Positions 20,901 through 31,297 of a DNA stretch of 64,000 bases are shown here, piece after piece. The DNA is from an uncultured Chlamydiae bacterium (GTDB lineage Bacteria; Chlamydiota; Chlamydiia; Chlamydiales; Parachlamydiaceae): the NCBI GenBank assembly GCA_963754655.1, contig CAVWGN010000001.1:1760001-1824000 (forward strand), written 5' to 3'. Numbering within the stretch: the first letter of the stretch is position 1; each line of letters opens with the position of its first letter. A model generated the notes under the pieces. It ran no database searches. It saw only the letters and a program-made list of their open reading frames with translations, and had not been told where the DNA came from. Position numbers and translations under genes: made by a program.

Positions 20901-21419
20901 AAATATACTTTTTTTATAATATTTAAGTGTATATTTATATAAATATAATTTCTTTATTGCAATGATTTTCTTTTTGATATAAAAGCCTAGATACTCCTGA
21001 GTATTTGATTTCATCTGTTGACTGTCAATTACATAAGTCAAAAACTGAAGACAAAAGACATGTGGCATCACTTAAATTTTAGTGCATCATGACCTCCTGT
21101 AAGGAGAGAAAATGCAGAAATACAGAAAAATAAAAAACTTAAAGCTAATAGAATAAGTATGAAAATAGTTTGATTTCACTATGAATATTAAATTTCATTA
21201 GTTTTGGCTAATACAATTTTGTACTTTCAACCTTTAGATTTAAACTAATTAACGCCATTCCCTCAAGCCTTATACTCCAAGTTTAAAATGAAGAATGACA
21301 AACCAAATGATTTAAGTCACCTTACGCAAGCGAGGTTAAAGAATCAGTGATATCCTTTAAATAACCAATAGCATGATTTGTTTAATAGCCTGAAAGGCTT
21401 CAAAGAAAATAGCCCAGGG

Positions 21420-21565
21420 CCGGGACTTAACAAAGAACTGTTTTTGGGCTTGGTATTCGTCGCGTCAATTTAACAACACCCCACCTGTAACAGGATTTAG
21501 AGGCATATTTCCCGAAAATGACGCGAAAAACATCAAGCCCAAAACAGTTCTTTGTTAAGTCCCGG
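21420..21565. mobile_element. 146-bp MITE C (TIR CCGGGACTTAACAAAGAACTGTTTT), copy 1
   Basis: Terminal IRs; flanked by CCCAGGG at 21413-21419 and 21566-21572. Confidence 0.85.
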
Positions 21566-21572
21566 CCCAGGG

Positions 21573-23420
21573 CTGGGATGAGAAAACGAGGGCTAAAAAC
21601 CGATTTTTACACAGCTAAAATCGCTAACGGTTCTGATTCCAATTCATTTGATTCTATAGTAAGTTCAATGACATCTGAATTTATTTTGCCCAAACTCAAA
21701 ACTTCTTTTCGTTTTGCTAAATCCGTTTTGCCAATCCATGTTTCTTCCCATTCCTCCAACATTTCGACTGACACCGTTTCTAAAGCCTCTTGTACGATAT
21801 CACAATTATTTTCCCCAACCATTCCTGCAAGACTTAGGATACTTTTAGTTATACTAGATGTCGCTTTGGTTCTCTCTACTATTATTTTCTGTCTTCCTAT
21901 CAAAGACTCTATTCCTTCGCTGCTTCCCACTAACACCTGTCCCTTGGATAGCACTCTACCTTCCTGTTTCAAAAAATAAAAAATCTCTTTTGCCAAATGT
22001 AGTGCTTCTGGTTTCAAACTTCTAAAGTGAAGTCTTGCTTTAAGAAAAAAAGTCGCATAGCTTCGTCTATGAAGACCTTCAGTTCTTACTAAATGCCTTG
22101 CCAAACGAATGATTTCTATCATCTGAGCATATTTTTCAATGACTTCTTCGAAATCGACTATCCAACCAGCTTTATCTTTTAATCTATTTATATCTAAATG
22201 GGGAATCGTCTCTTGCATTTGAAGAAGGTTTAAAATATCTTGTAGCCAATCAATTAAAATATCAGCATTCATGAATCGCGCTTTTTCTCTTTGTTTGGGA
22301 GGGCTCAAAAAAGCCTCTGGACTCTGTTTTGTCTTTTGTTTTGTATCTGTAATCAATTGAATTATGTGTTTCCAAGTATCATCTTTTTCCAGTTCCTTTT
22401 TTAATAGAATTGCTAGTTTATGGACCACATCATAGGTGTTTATTGTTTTTTCATGGTTTTGGCAATATAGTCTTACACCTTTATTTACATCACTGCCATG
22501 ATCTGCCACTATCTGCAGAAATGGGCCAATTTTTTCCGATATTTCTTCTAAAACATGCGCAACTTTTTCACCAGTTGATGAATTCATGGGTTGTAGCGCT
22601 AGTGGTTGGAAATCTTCATGATGAATATCAAAGCTGCCCCTTTTTTCAAACTTACTTTGTAATGTACTTAATTGAACTCCAAGAACTATTAAGCACTTTT
22701 GGTAACCAGCTTGAACTTTAAAATCAACAAGGATAATCCAATCTGAAGCCTTTTTCTTAGCCTTTATAAGCTTGTAAAGCCCATATCGTAAAAACCACAA
22801 TTCGACGCTTTTCCATGAAGGCTGGAAATTGAAATATTTAAATATTGGAATGTTACAACTCTGCATGGAGATGAAAATTCGCTGAATCGCTCTAAATGCT
22901 ATTGCAGCTAATGCAAGTGAAATCACAAAAAATATAAATAATATAGGATATTGATGTCGAGCGACCCTTCGATTGTTGCTAATTTCTTGCTCAATTATTG
23001 CACAAGCTTTTTTTTTAATTCATCAATTTGCTTGTCTTTGATTTTACTTTTCTCTTCTACCTCTTCTAATCTCGACTGAAGGCATTTTATCTGTTTGTTT
23101 AATGCCAAGATATTATCTTGTTCCTTTTGTAGCCTTTCTCCTAATCGTTTCTTATCAGTCATTAGAGCTTGAATCTTAGTTCTTTTTTCTGCGTTTCTTT
23201 GCTTCCATTCATCACGACTTTCCTGGTAATGCTTCACTTGTTTACGTATATCTGAAGGACGCTCATGCTTTTGAGTGCTTTTTGAATCCATTTTATGCCT
23301 CATCTAATTTTGAGCAATCAATTATAAAAGCCTCTTTTTAAAAAGCCAAGCGAATTTAAAATAGGAGGAAAAGCGTTCTAATAATTAGTTGTTAAATATT
23401 TTTTTGTTTTCTCATCCCAG
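21573..23420 (-). mobile_element. 1848-bp insertion sequence, unclassified Mutator-like (IS256-superfamily-like) DDE element
   Basis: Perfect 15-bp TIR CTGGGATGAGAAAAC; CCCAGGG direct repeats at 21566-21572 and 23421-23427. Confidence 0.88.
21607..23303 (-). CDS. transposase, probably expressed as an OrfA(22995-23303)-OrfB fusion by -1 frameshift
   Basis: ILVD, VADHGSD, YDVVH and SSEGIESLIG (D, D, DxxH, E). An A9G run (A AAA AAG) at 23007-23016 leads into a -1 frame that stays open (ACAIIEQ...RHQYP) into OrfB. Confidence 0.75.
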
Positions 23421-23427
23421 CCCAGGG

Positions 23428-23825
23428 CTGGGGTGTTCATTTTGTGCAAAAAATGAGCTTTATTTTTCACAATAATTGGCATAGTTGAATAGAAGGTCGC
23501 ATGTTTATGCCGTCCTTTCAGGACTCGATGTCTTTTTGATAGAACCCAGGCCTCCGCTTCGCTGCGACCTGGGCTGTAACATGACGGCCCTTCAGGCCTT
23601 AACAAAAAGATGATTTAGGGACTATAGAAGAGGGACTTAAACATCTCTTGTTAAGTCCTGAAGGGCCGTCATGTTACAGCCCAGGTCGCAGCGAAGCGGA
23701 GGCCTGGGTTCTATCAAAAAGACATCGAGTCCTGAAAGGACGGCATAAACATGCGACCTTCTATTCAACTATGCCAATTATTGTGAAAAATAAAGCTCAT
23801 TTTTTGCACAAAATGAACACCCCAG
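23428..23825. mobile_element. 398-bp palindromic element A carrying two inverted REP-like cores
   Basis: Ends CTGGGGTGTTCAT / ATGAACACCCCAG; flanked by CCCAGGG and CCCTGGG; near-identical to 46732-47129. Confidence 0.88.
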
Positions 23826-23832
23826 CCCTGGG

Positions 23833-23978
23833 CCGGGACTTAACAAAGAACTGTTTTGGGCTTGATGTTTTTCGCGTCATTTTCGGGAAATATGCCTCTA
23901 AATCCTGTTACAGGCGGGGTGTTGTTAAATTGACGCGACGAATACCAAGCCCAAAAACAGTTCTTTGTTAAGTCCCGG
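23833..23978. mobile_element. MITE C, copy 2 (inverted relative to copy 1)
   Basis: Reverse complement of 21420-21565; flanked by CCCTGGG at 23826-23832 and 23979-23985. Confidence 0.85.
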
Positions 23979-24117
23979 CCCTGGGCTATTTTCTTTGAAG
24001 CCTTTCAGGCTATTAAACAAATCATGCTATTGGTTATTTAAAGGATATCACTGATTCTTTAACCTCGCTTGCGTAAGGTGACTGATTTAAGAAAACAGAT
24101 TCATTTGATTTGAAAAT

Positions 24118-26040
24118 TTAGATCTGCAAATTGAAAAGCCCAGCCATCTTACTGAAAATGGTAGCCAAAACAAACTCTGGATCTTTTTTAAAGCTTTCGT
24201 CTGCAAACTGAAGAGCGCTGCCGTTTTGCTGAACGGCAGCGAAGACAATCTCTCGATCTTTTTTAAAGCTTTCATCTGCATATTTAAGAGCATATCCATC
24301 TTGATTAACGGCAGCCAAGACAATCTCTTGATCTTTTTTGAAGCTTTCAGCTGCATAGAAAAGAGTACGGACATTTTGCTGAATGGCAGCTAAGACAATC
24401 TCTCGATCGTGTTTAAGGCTTTTATTGGCATAGTCTAGAGCATTACCATCTTGCTTAACAGCTGCCAAGACAATCTCTCGATCTTTTTTAAAGCTTTCAG
24501 CTGCAAAGGTAAGAGCCATGCCATCTTGATGAATGGCAGCCAAGACAACTTCTCGATCTTTTTTAAAGCTTACATCTGCATATTGAAGAGCTAAGCCATC
24601 TTGCTGAACGGCAACTAAGACAATCTCTCGATCTTTTTTAAAGCTTTTATCGGCATAGGCAAGAGCCCTGCCACTTTGCTTAACGGTAGCCAAGACAATT
24701 TCTCGATCTTTTTGAAAACTTTCATCTGCATATTGAAGAGCTAAGCCATCTTGCTGAAAGGCAGCCAAAACAATCTCTCGATCTTTTTTAAAGCTTTCAT
24801 TTGCATATTTAAGAACCAAGCCATTTCGCTTAATGGCAGCAAAAAAAATATCTCGATCTTTTTTAAGACTTTCATCTGCATATTGAAGAGCTAAGCCATC
24901 TTGCTTAACGGCAGCCAAGACAATCTCTCGATCTTTTTTAAGAACTTCATTTGCATATTGAAGAGCGGCGCCATCTTGCTTAACGGCAGCCAAGACAATC
25001 TCTCGATCTTTTTTAAGAGTTTCATCTGCATAGAAAAGAGCTGTGCCATCTTGCTTAACGGCAGCCAAGACAATCTCTCGATCTTTTTTAAGAATTTCAT
25101 CTGCATAGAAAAGAGCGGCGCCACGTTGATGAACGGCAGCCAAGACAACCTCTCGATCTTTTTTAAGAGTTTCATCCGCATATACAAGAGCTATACTATT
25201 TTGCTGAACGGCAGCCAAGACAATCTCTCGATCTTTTTTAAAGCCTTCATCTACAAACTCAAGAGCCCAGCCACCTTGCTGAACGGCAATTAAGACAATC
25301 TCTCGATTTTTTTTAAGAATTCCATCTATATCAAAAACAGCATGTCCAAAACGGCGAGCAACTTGCATAAGTTTTTTTTTATCGTTAAAATTGGGAATTT
25401 TTTTAAGTGTGGAGATAACTGATTCTTTTGCCAGGTGCCATATTGGATCTCGACCACCTAGGTAAATTTTTGCAATAAAATCATTATTGATCACCATTAA
25501 TCTTTGGTCGTCGGTGCCCCATAAAAGAGAATTTAAAATAGATAATTGTCCTTCAGCCAATTGCTGGATGTTCTTATTGGCGCTGGTTTTACAATTTTGA
25601 AGATCCCATGGATAACGATCTAAAAGAGAAAGAAATAAACTATTAGAACAAAATAAATCTGATTTAACCATTAAAAATTTTCTAAAACTTTCTCCGTAGC
25701 AGTTTTGTTGGGCTCGATCAAGCAATTTAATTTCTTGAGATGTAAAATCCTTCTTTTGTTTAGTTGCGATACATTCCTCAGGAAAATTAATAGGGAATTG
25801 AGGACTCTTTTCAAGTTGAAAAAGAGTCTGCGCCAATGAGATGCAAGGATTTTTTTCAAAAACTCTTTTCCATCTTGTACAAGTGAGTAAAATAGAAAAA
25901 ACATCACCTAAAAGCGGCCTTTTTTGATTAACAACCCGATCAAAAAAAATTTCTAGTACTTCATCAGAAAGTACATTGTTTATGCAAACTTCGTTCGAAG
26001 TCCTTTGCATTGCTTGTGAATTAACGATCGCAAGTTGCAT
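24118..26040 (-). CDS. F-box-like + DUF4116-like repeat protein
   Basis: 640 aa, same architecture; promoter TTGTAA-N17-TATGAT at 26080-26108. Confidence 0.85.
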   Translation of the reverse strand: MQLAIVNSQAMQRTSNEVCINNVLSDEVLEIFFDRVVNQKRPLLGDVFSILLTCTRWKRVFEKNPCISLAQTLFQLEKSPQFPINFPEECIATKQKKDFTSQEIKLLDRAQQNCYGESFRKFLMVKSDLFCSNSLFLSLLDRYPWDLQNCKTSANKNIQQLAEGQLSILNSLLWGTDDQRLMVINNDFIAKIYLGGRDPIWHLAKESVISTLKKIPNFNDKKKLMQVARRFGHAVFDIDGILKKNREIVLIAVQQGGWALEFVDEGFKKDREIVLAAVQQNSIALVYADETLKKDREVVLAAVHQRGAALFYADEILKKDREIVLAAVKQDGTALFYADETLKKDREIVLAAVKQDGAALQYANEVLKKDREIVLAAVKQDGLALQYADESLKKDRDIFFAAIKRNGLVLKYANESFKKDREIVLAAFQQDGLALQYADESFQKDREIVLATVKQSGRALAYADKSFKKDREIVLVAVQQDGLALQYADVSFKKDREVVLAAIHQDGMALTFAAESFKKDREIVLAAVKQDGNALDYANKSLKHDREIVLAAIQQNVRTLFYAAESFKKDQEIVLAAVNQDGYALKYADESFKKDREIVFAAVQQNGSALQFADESFKKDPEFVLATIFSKMAGLFNLQI

Positions 26041-26322
26041 AAATACCCTTTAATTAATTTTATAATTTTTAAGCCTATAATCATAAAAACACAACATCTT
26101 TATTACAACTAAATTATTTTAATACGAATAAAATTCTTAACGAAATTAGGTTTTTTCTAATACAATTGTAATGCTATAACCGCTTTTTTTTAATTTCTTT
26201 TGAAAGCACATTTAAAATTTAACGCCATCCCCTCAAGTCTCACACTCCAAAATTTAGGGATAAAGAATGATCAACCAAATGATCTAAGAAAACAGAACTC
26301 ATTTTGATTTGAAAATTTAGAT

Positions 26323-26542
26323 CTACAAATTGAAAACTCCCTCCCTCTTACTGGAAGCGATAGCCAAAACAATCTCTTGATCTTTTTTAAGACTTCTATG
26401 TGCATATTTAAGAGCCAAGACATTTTGCTGAACGGCAGCCAAGACCATCTCTTGATCTTTTTTAAGGCTTTCATCTGCATAGTAAAGAGCATAACCATTT
26501 TCCTTAACGGCAGCCAAGATAATCCCTCGATTTTTTTAAGAC
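26323..26542 (-). pseudogene. orphan 3' tail of an ASSKR-subclass paralog
   Basis: Repeat units plus IASSKREGVFNL directly after the stop of 26543-28465; no N-terminus. Confidence 0.75.
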
Positions 26543-28465
26543 TTACATCTGCAAATTGAAAAGCCCAAGCATCTTATTGAAAACAGTGGCCAAGACAAAC
26601 TCTCGATCTTGTTTAAAACTTTCGTCTGCATAGTCAAGAGCACTGCCATCTTGCTGGACAGCAGCCAAGACAATCTCTCGATCTTTTTTAAGGCTTTCAT
26701 CTGCATAGTCAAGAGCGCTGCCATCTTGCTTAACGGCAGCCAAGACAATCTCTCGATCTTTTTTAAGGCTTTCATCTGCAAATCGAAGAGCTAAGCCATT
26801 TTGCTTAACGGCAGCTAAGACAAACTCTCGATCTTTTTTAAGGCTTTCATCTGCATGGAGAAAAGCATTGCCAGTTTGCTTAACGGCAGCCAAGACAATC
26901 TCTCGATCTTTTTTAAGGCTTTCATCTGCATAACAAAGAGCATAACCACTTTGCTTAACGGCAGCCAAGATAATCCCTCGATCTTTTTTAAGGCTTTCAT
27001 CTGCAAATCGAAGAGCGTTGCCTCTTTGTTGGACTGCAGCTAAAACAATGTCTCGATCTTTTTTTAAACTTTCATCCGCATATTCAAGAGCTTTGCCTTT
27101 TTGCTTAACAGCAGCCAAGACAATCTCTCGATCTTTTTTAAAACTTTCATCTGCATCTTCAAGAGCCCAGCTATTTTGCTGAACGGCAGCCAAGACAAAC
27201 TCACGATCTTTTTTAAGGCTTTCATCTGCATATTCAAGAGCTAAGGCATTTTTCTCAATGGCAGACAAGACAATCTTTCGATCTTTTTTAAAGCTTTTAT
27301 CTGCATATTCAAGACCGCAGCCAGTTTGCTTAATGATAGCCAAGACAAACTCTTGATCTTTTTTAAGACTTTCATCTGCATATTCAAGAGCATAGCTATG
27401 TTGCTGAACGGCAGCCAGGACAATCTCTCGATCTTTTTTAAAGCTTTCATCTGCATATTCAAGAAACAAGCCATCTCGCTGAACGGCAGCCAAGATAATC
27501 TCTTGATCTTTTTTAAAGCTTTCATCTGCATATTTAAGAGCTCTACCATATTGCTGAACGGCAGCCAAGACAATCTCTCGATCTTTTTTAAGACTTTCAT
27601 CTGCATATTGAAGAGCTTGACCCTCTTGCTGAACGGCAGCTAAGACAATCTCTCGATCTTTTTTAAGACTTTCATCTGCAAATTCAAGAGCCATACCCTC
27701 TTGCTTAACGGCAGCTAAAACAATGTCTCGATCTGTTTTAAAGCTTTCATCTATATCAAAAACGGCATGTCCAAAACAGCAAGCCACTTGCATAAGTTTT
27801 TTTTTATCGTTAAAATTGGGAAATTTTTTAAGTGTAGAGATAACCGATTCTCTTGCCACCAGCCATATTGAATCTTCCACACCCAGGTAAAGTTTTGCAA
27901 TAAAATCCTTGTTGATCATCATTAATCTTTGGTCGTCAGTGCCCCATGCAAGAGAGTTTAAAATAGACAGTTGCTTTTCAGCCACTTGCCGGATGTTTTG
28001 ATTGGCGCTATTTTTGCAAACTCGAAGCTCCCATGGATAGCGATCCAAAAGAGAAAGAAATAAACTGTTAGTGCAAAACAACTGAGATTTAACCATTAAC
28101 AATTTTCTAAAAATTTCTTCGTAGGAGCTTTGTTGGACTCGATCAATCAACTTAAGTTCTTGAGATGTAAAATCCTTCTTTTGGTCAGGTGCGATACATT
28201 GTAGGGGAAAATTAATAGGGGCTTGAGGACTCTTTTTCAATTGAAAAAGACTCTGAGCCAAGGAGATGCAAGGATTCTTCTCAAAAACTCTTTTCCATCT
28301 TGTACAAGTGAGCAAAATAGAAGCAATATCACCTAAAAGCGGCCTTTTTTGATTAACAACCCGATCAAAAAAAATTTCTAACACCTCATCAGGCAGGATA
28401 TTATTTAAGCAAACTTCATTTAAATTTGTTTGCATTTTTTGTGAATTAACGAGCGTAAGTTGCAT
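26543..28465 (-). CDS. F-box-like + DUF4116-like repeat protein
   Basis: 640 aa; close paralog of 29225-31003; promoter-like motif at 28530-28558. Confidence 0.85.
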   Translation of the reverse strand: MQLTLVNSQKMQTNLNEVCLNNILPDEVLEIFFDRVVNQKRPLLGDIASILLTCTRWKRVFEKNPCISLAQSLFQLKKSPQAPINFPLQCIAPDQKKDFTSQELKLIDRVQQSSYEEIFRKLLMVKSQLFCTNSLFLSLLDRYPWELRVCKNSANQNIRQVAEKQLSILNSLAWGTDDQRLMMINKDFIAKLYLGVEDSIWLVARESVISTLKKFPNFNDKKKLMQVACCFGHAVFDIDESFKTDRDIVLAAVKQEGMALEFADESLKKDREIVLAAVQQEGQALQYADESLKKDREIVLAAVQQYGRALKYADESFKKDQEIILAAVQRDGLFLEYADESFKKDREIVLAAVQQHSYALEYADESLKKDQEFVLAIIKQTGCGLEYADKSFKKDRKIVLSAIEKNALALEYADESLKKDREFVLAAVQQNSWALEDADESFKKDREIVLAAVKQKGKALEYADESLKKDRDIVLAAVQQRGNALRFADESLKKDRGIILAAVKQSGYALCYADESLKKDREIVLAAVKQTGNAFLHADESLKKDREFVLAAVKQNGLALRFADESLKKDREIVLAAVKQDGSALDYADESLKKDREIVLAAVQQDGSALDYADESFKQDREFVLATVFNKMLGLFNLQM

Positions 28466-28699
28466 AAATATCCTTTAATTAAGTTTGTAATTTTAAACTT
28501 TTAATAATTTTATAATAGTTAAGTTTATAAATATACAAACACAGCATCTTCATTACAAGTAAATTATTTTAATGCAAATAAAATATTTAACAAAATTATT
28601 TTTTTTCTAATACAATTGTAATGCTATAACTACTTCTTTTATTTTTTTTGAAAGCACATTTAAAATTTAACGCTATCCCCAAATCTTATACTCTAAGAG

Positions 28700-28747
28700 T
28701 TAAGAAGTGGCTTGAATTGCTTGTGAATTAACGAATGTAAGTTGCAT
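28700..28747 (-). pseudogene. 5' stub of a deleted paralog (MQLTFVNSQAIQATS*)
   Basis: Family start and AAGGA RBS are present, fused directly to the conserved 3' flank sequence. Confidence 0.7.
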
Positions 28748-28892
28748 AAACATCCTTTAACTAATTTTATATTTCAACGTATTTGTAACATCATAATATT
28801 TAAATTTATAATTGTAAAATAATATATATATATATCGATTGCAAGTATGTTCTTTTGATATAGTTGAAAGCCTTAACAACTTGAGTTTTGAT

Positions 28893-29224
28893 TTAAAAAA
28901 ATAGGATGCATTTGATTTGAAAATTTAGATCTGCAAATTGAAAAAGCTCCGCCCTCTTACTGGAAGCGATAGCCAAGACAATCTCTTGATCTTTTCTAAG
29001 GCTTTTATGTACATATTGAAGAGCCAAGCCATCTTGCTGAACGGCAGCCAAGACAATTTCTCGATCTTTTCTAAAGTTTAGAGCATATTCAAGAGCTTTG
29101 CCATTTTGCTGAACAGCACTCAAGACAAACTCTCGATTTTTTTTAAAGCTTTCATCTGCATATTCAAGAGCATCTGCAGTTCGTTTAACGGCTGCTAAGA
29201 CAATCTCTCGATTTTTTTTAAGAC
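28893..29224 (-). pseudogene. orphan 3' tail of a KRTADA/ASSKR-subclass paralog
   Basis: 29163-29234 matches 14408-14479; contains YALNFRKDRE and ASSKR. Confidence 0.75.
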
Positions 29225-31003
29225 TTACATCTGCAAATTGAAAAGCCCAACCATCTTATTGAAAACAGTGGCCAAGACAAACTCTCGATCTTGTTTAAAA
29301 CTCTCGTCTGCATATTCAAGAGCCCACCAACATTGCTGGACGGCAGCCAAGACAATCTCTCGATCTTTTTGAAGGCTTTCATCTGCATATTTAAGAGCCC
29401 AGCCGTCTTGCTTAACGGCAGCCAAGACAAACTCTCGATCTTTTTTAAGGCTTTCATCTGCATGGAGAAAAGCATTGCCAGTTTGCTTAACGGCAGCCAA
29501 GACAATCTCTCGATCTTTTTTAAGGCTTTCATCTGCATAACAAAGAGCATAACCACTTTGCTTAACGGCAGCCAAGATAATCCCTCGATCTTTTTTAAAA
29601 CTTTCATCTGCAAATTGAAGAGCGTTACCTCTTTGTTGGACTGCAGCTAAAACAATGTCTCGATCTTTTTTTAAACTTTCATCCGCATATTCAAGAGCTT
29701 TGCCTTTTTGCTGAACAGCAGCCAAGACAATCTCTCGATCTTTTTTAAAACTTTCATCTGCATATTCAAGAGCCCACCCACATTGCTGAACGGCAGCCAA
29801 GACAAACTCACGATCTTTTTTAAGGCTTTCATCTGCATATTCAAGAGCTAAGGCATTTTTCTCAATGGCAGACAAGATAATCTTTCGATCTTTTTTAAAG
29901 CTTTTATCTGCATAGTCAAGACCGCAGCCAGTTTGCTTAATGATAGCCAAGACAAACTCTTGATCTTTTTTAAGACTTTCATCTGCATATTCAAGAGCAT
30001 AGCTATGTTGCTGAACGGCAGCCAGGACAATCTCTCGATCTTTTTTAAAGCTTTCATCTGCACATTCAAGAAACAAGCCATCTCGCTGAACGGCAGCCAA
30101 GATAATCTCTCGATCTTTTTTAAAGCTTGCATCTGCATATTTAAGAGCTCTACCATATTGCTGAACGGCAGCCAAGACAATCTCTCGATCTTTTTTAAGA
30201 CTTTCATCTGCATATTGAAGAGCTTGACCCTCTCGCTGAACGGCAGCTAAAACAATGTCTCGATCTTTTTTAAAGCTTTCATCTATATCAAAAACAGAAT
30301 GTCCAAAACAGCGAGCCACTTGCATAAGTTTTTTTTTATCATTAAAATTGGGAAAATTTTTAAGTGTAGAGATAACCGATTCTCTTGCCACCAGCCATAT
30401 TGAATCTTCAACACCCAGGTAAAGTTTTGCAATAAAATCCTTGTTGATCATCATTAATCTTTGGTCGTCAGTGCCCCATGCAAGAGAGTTTAAAATAGAC
30501 AGTTGCTTTTCAGCCACTTGCCGGATGTTTTGATTGGCGCTATTTTTGCAAACTCGAAGCTCCCATGGATAGCGATCCAAAAGAGAAAGAAATAAACTGT
30601 TAGTGCAAAACAACTGAGATTTAACCATTAACAATTTTCTAAAAATTTCTTCGTAGGAGCTTTGTTGGGCTCGATCAATCAACTTAAGTTCTTGAGATGT
30701 AAAATCCTTCTTTTGTTCAGTTGCGATACATTGTCGGGGAAAATTAATAGGGGCTTGGGGACTCTTTTTCAATTGAAAAAGACTCTGAGCCAAGGAGATG
30801 CAAGGATTGTTCTCAAGAACTCTTTTCCATCTTGCGCACGTGAGTAAAATAGAATAAATATCACCTAAAAGCGGCCTTTTTTGATTAACAACCCGATCAA
30901 AAAAAATTTCTAATAATTCATCAGGAAATAAATTGTTTATGCAAACTTCGTTTGAAGTAGTTTGCATTCCTTGTGAATTAATGAGCGTAATTTGCATAAA
31001 CAT
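29225..31003 (-). CDS. F-box-like + DUF4116-like repeat protein
   Basis: 592 aa; recent duplicate of 26543-28465 with fewer repeats. Confidence 0.85.
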   Translation of the reverse strand: MFMQITLINSQGMQTTSNEVCINNLFPDELLEIFFDRVVNQKRPLLGDIYSILLTCARWKRVLENNPCISLAQSLFQLKKSPQAPINFPRQCIATEQKKDFTSQELKLIDRAQQSSYEEIFRKLLMVKSQLFCTNSLFLSLLDRYPWELRVCKNSANQNIRQVAEKQLSILNSLAWGTDDQRLMMINKDFIAKLYLGVEDSIWLVARESVISTLKNFPNFNDKKKLMQVARCFGHSVFDIDESFKKDRDIVLAAVQREGQALQYADESLKKDREIVLAAVQQYGRALKYADASFKKDREIILAAVQRDGLFLECADESFKKDREIVLAAVQQHSYALEYADESLKKDQEFVLAIIKQTGCGLDYADKSFKKDRKIILSAIEKNALALEYADESLKKDREFVLAAVQQCGWALEYADESFKKDREIVLAAVQQKGKALEYADESLKKDRDIVLAAVQQRGNALQFADESFKKDRGIILAAVKQSGYALCYADESLKKDREIVLAAVKQTGNAFLHADESLKKDREFVLAAVKQDGWALKYADESLQKDREIVLAAVQQCWWALEYADESFKQDREFVLATVFNKMVGLFNLQM

Positions 31004-31297
31004 CCTTTAATTAAGTTTATAACTTTAAAATTTTTATTCATAAATTTATAATGTTTAATTTTAAAAAAATACAAATACAATATTTTGATTTCAACTAGAT
31101 TATTTTAACACAAATAAAAACTTTAACAAGATTATTTTTTTCTAATACAATTGTAATGCTATAACTGCTTCTTTTTAATTTTTTTGAAAGCACATTTAAA
31201 ATTTAATGCTATCCCCCAAGTCTTATACTCTAAGAGTTGGAATGAGGAATTATAAACCAAATGATTTAAGAAAATAGGACGCATTTGATTTGAAAAT

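Larger units (their letters stand above)
21316..24082. mobile_element. Composite palindromic element: 257-bp inverted arms with GTCACCTTACGCAAG ends and 8-bp target duplication TGATTTAA, enclosing an IS and element A
   Basis: TGATTTAA at 21308-21315 and 24083-24090 interrupts the conserved paralog 3' flank; arms 21316-21572 and 23826-24082. Confidence 0.9.

Noticed and set aside
20901..21071. N-terminal extension of ORF 19053-21071
   Set aside because: Paralogs start at MQL and the extension spans the promoter-like region
21518..21979. 153-aa plus-strand ORF
   Set aside because: Antisense to the transposase and starts inside MITE C
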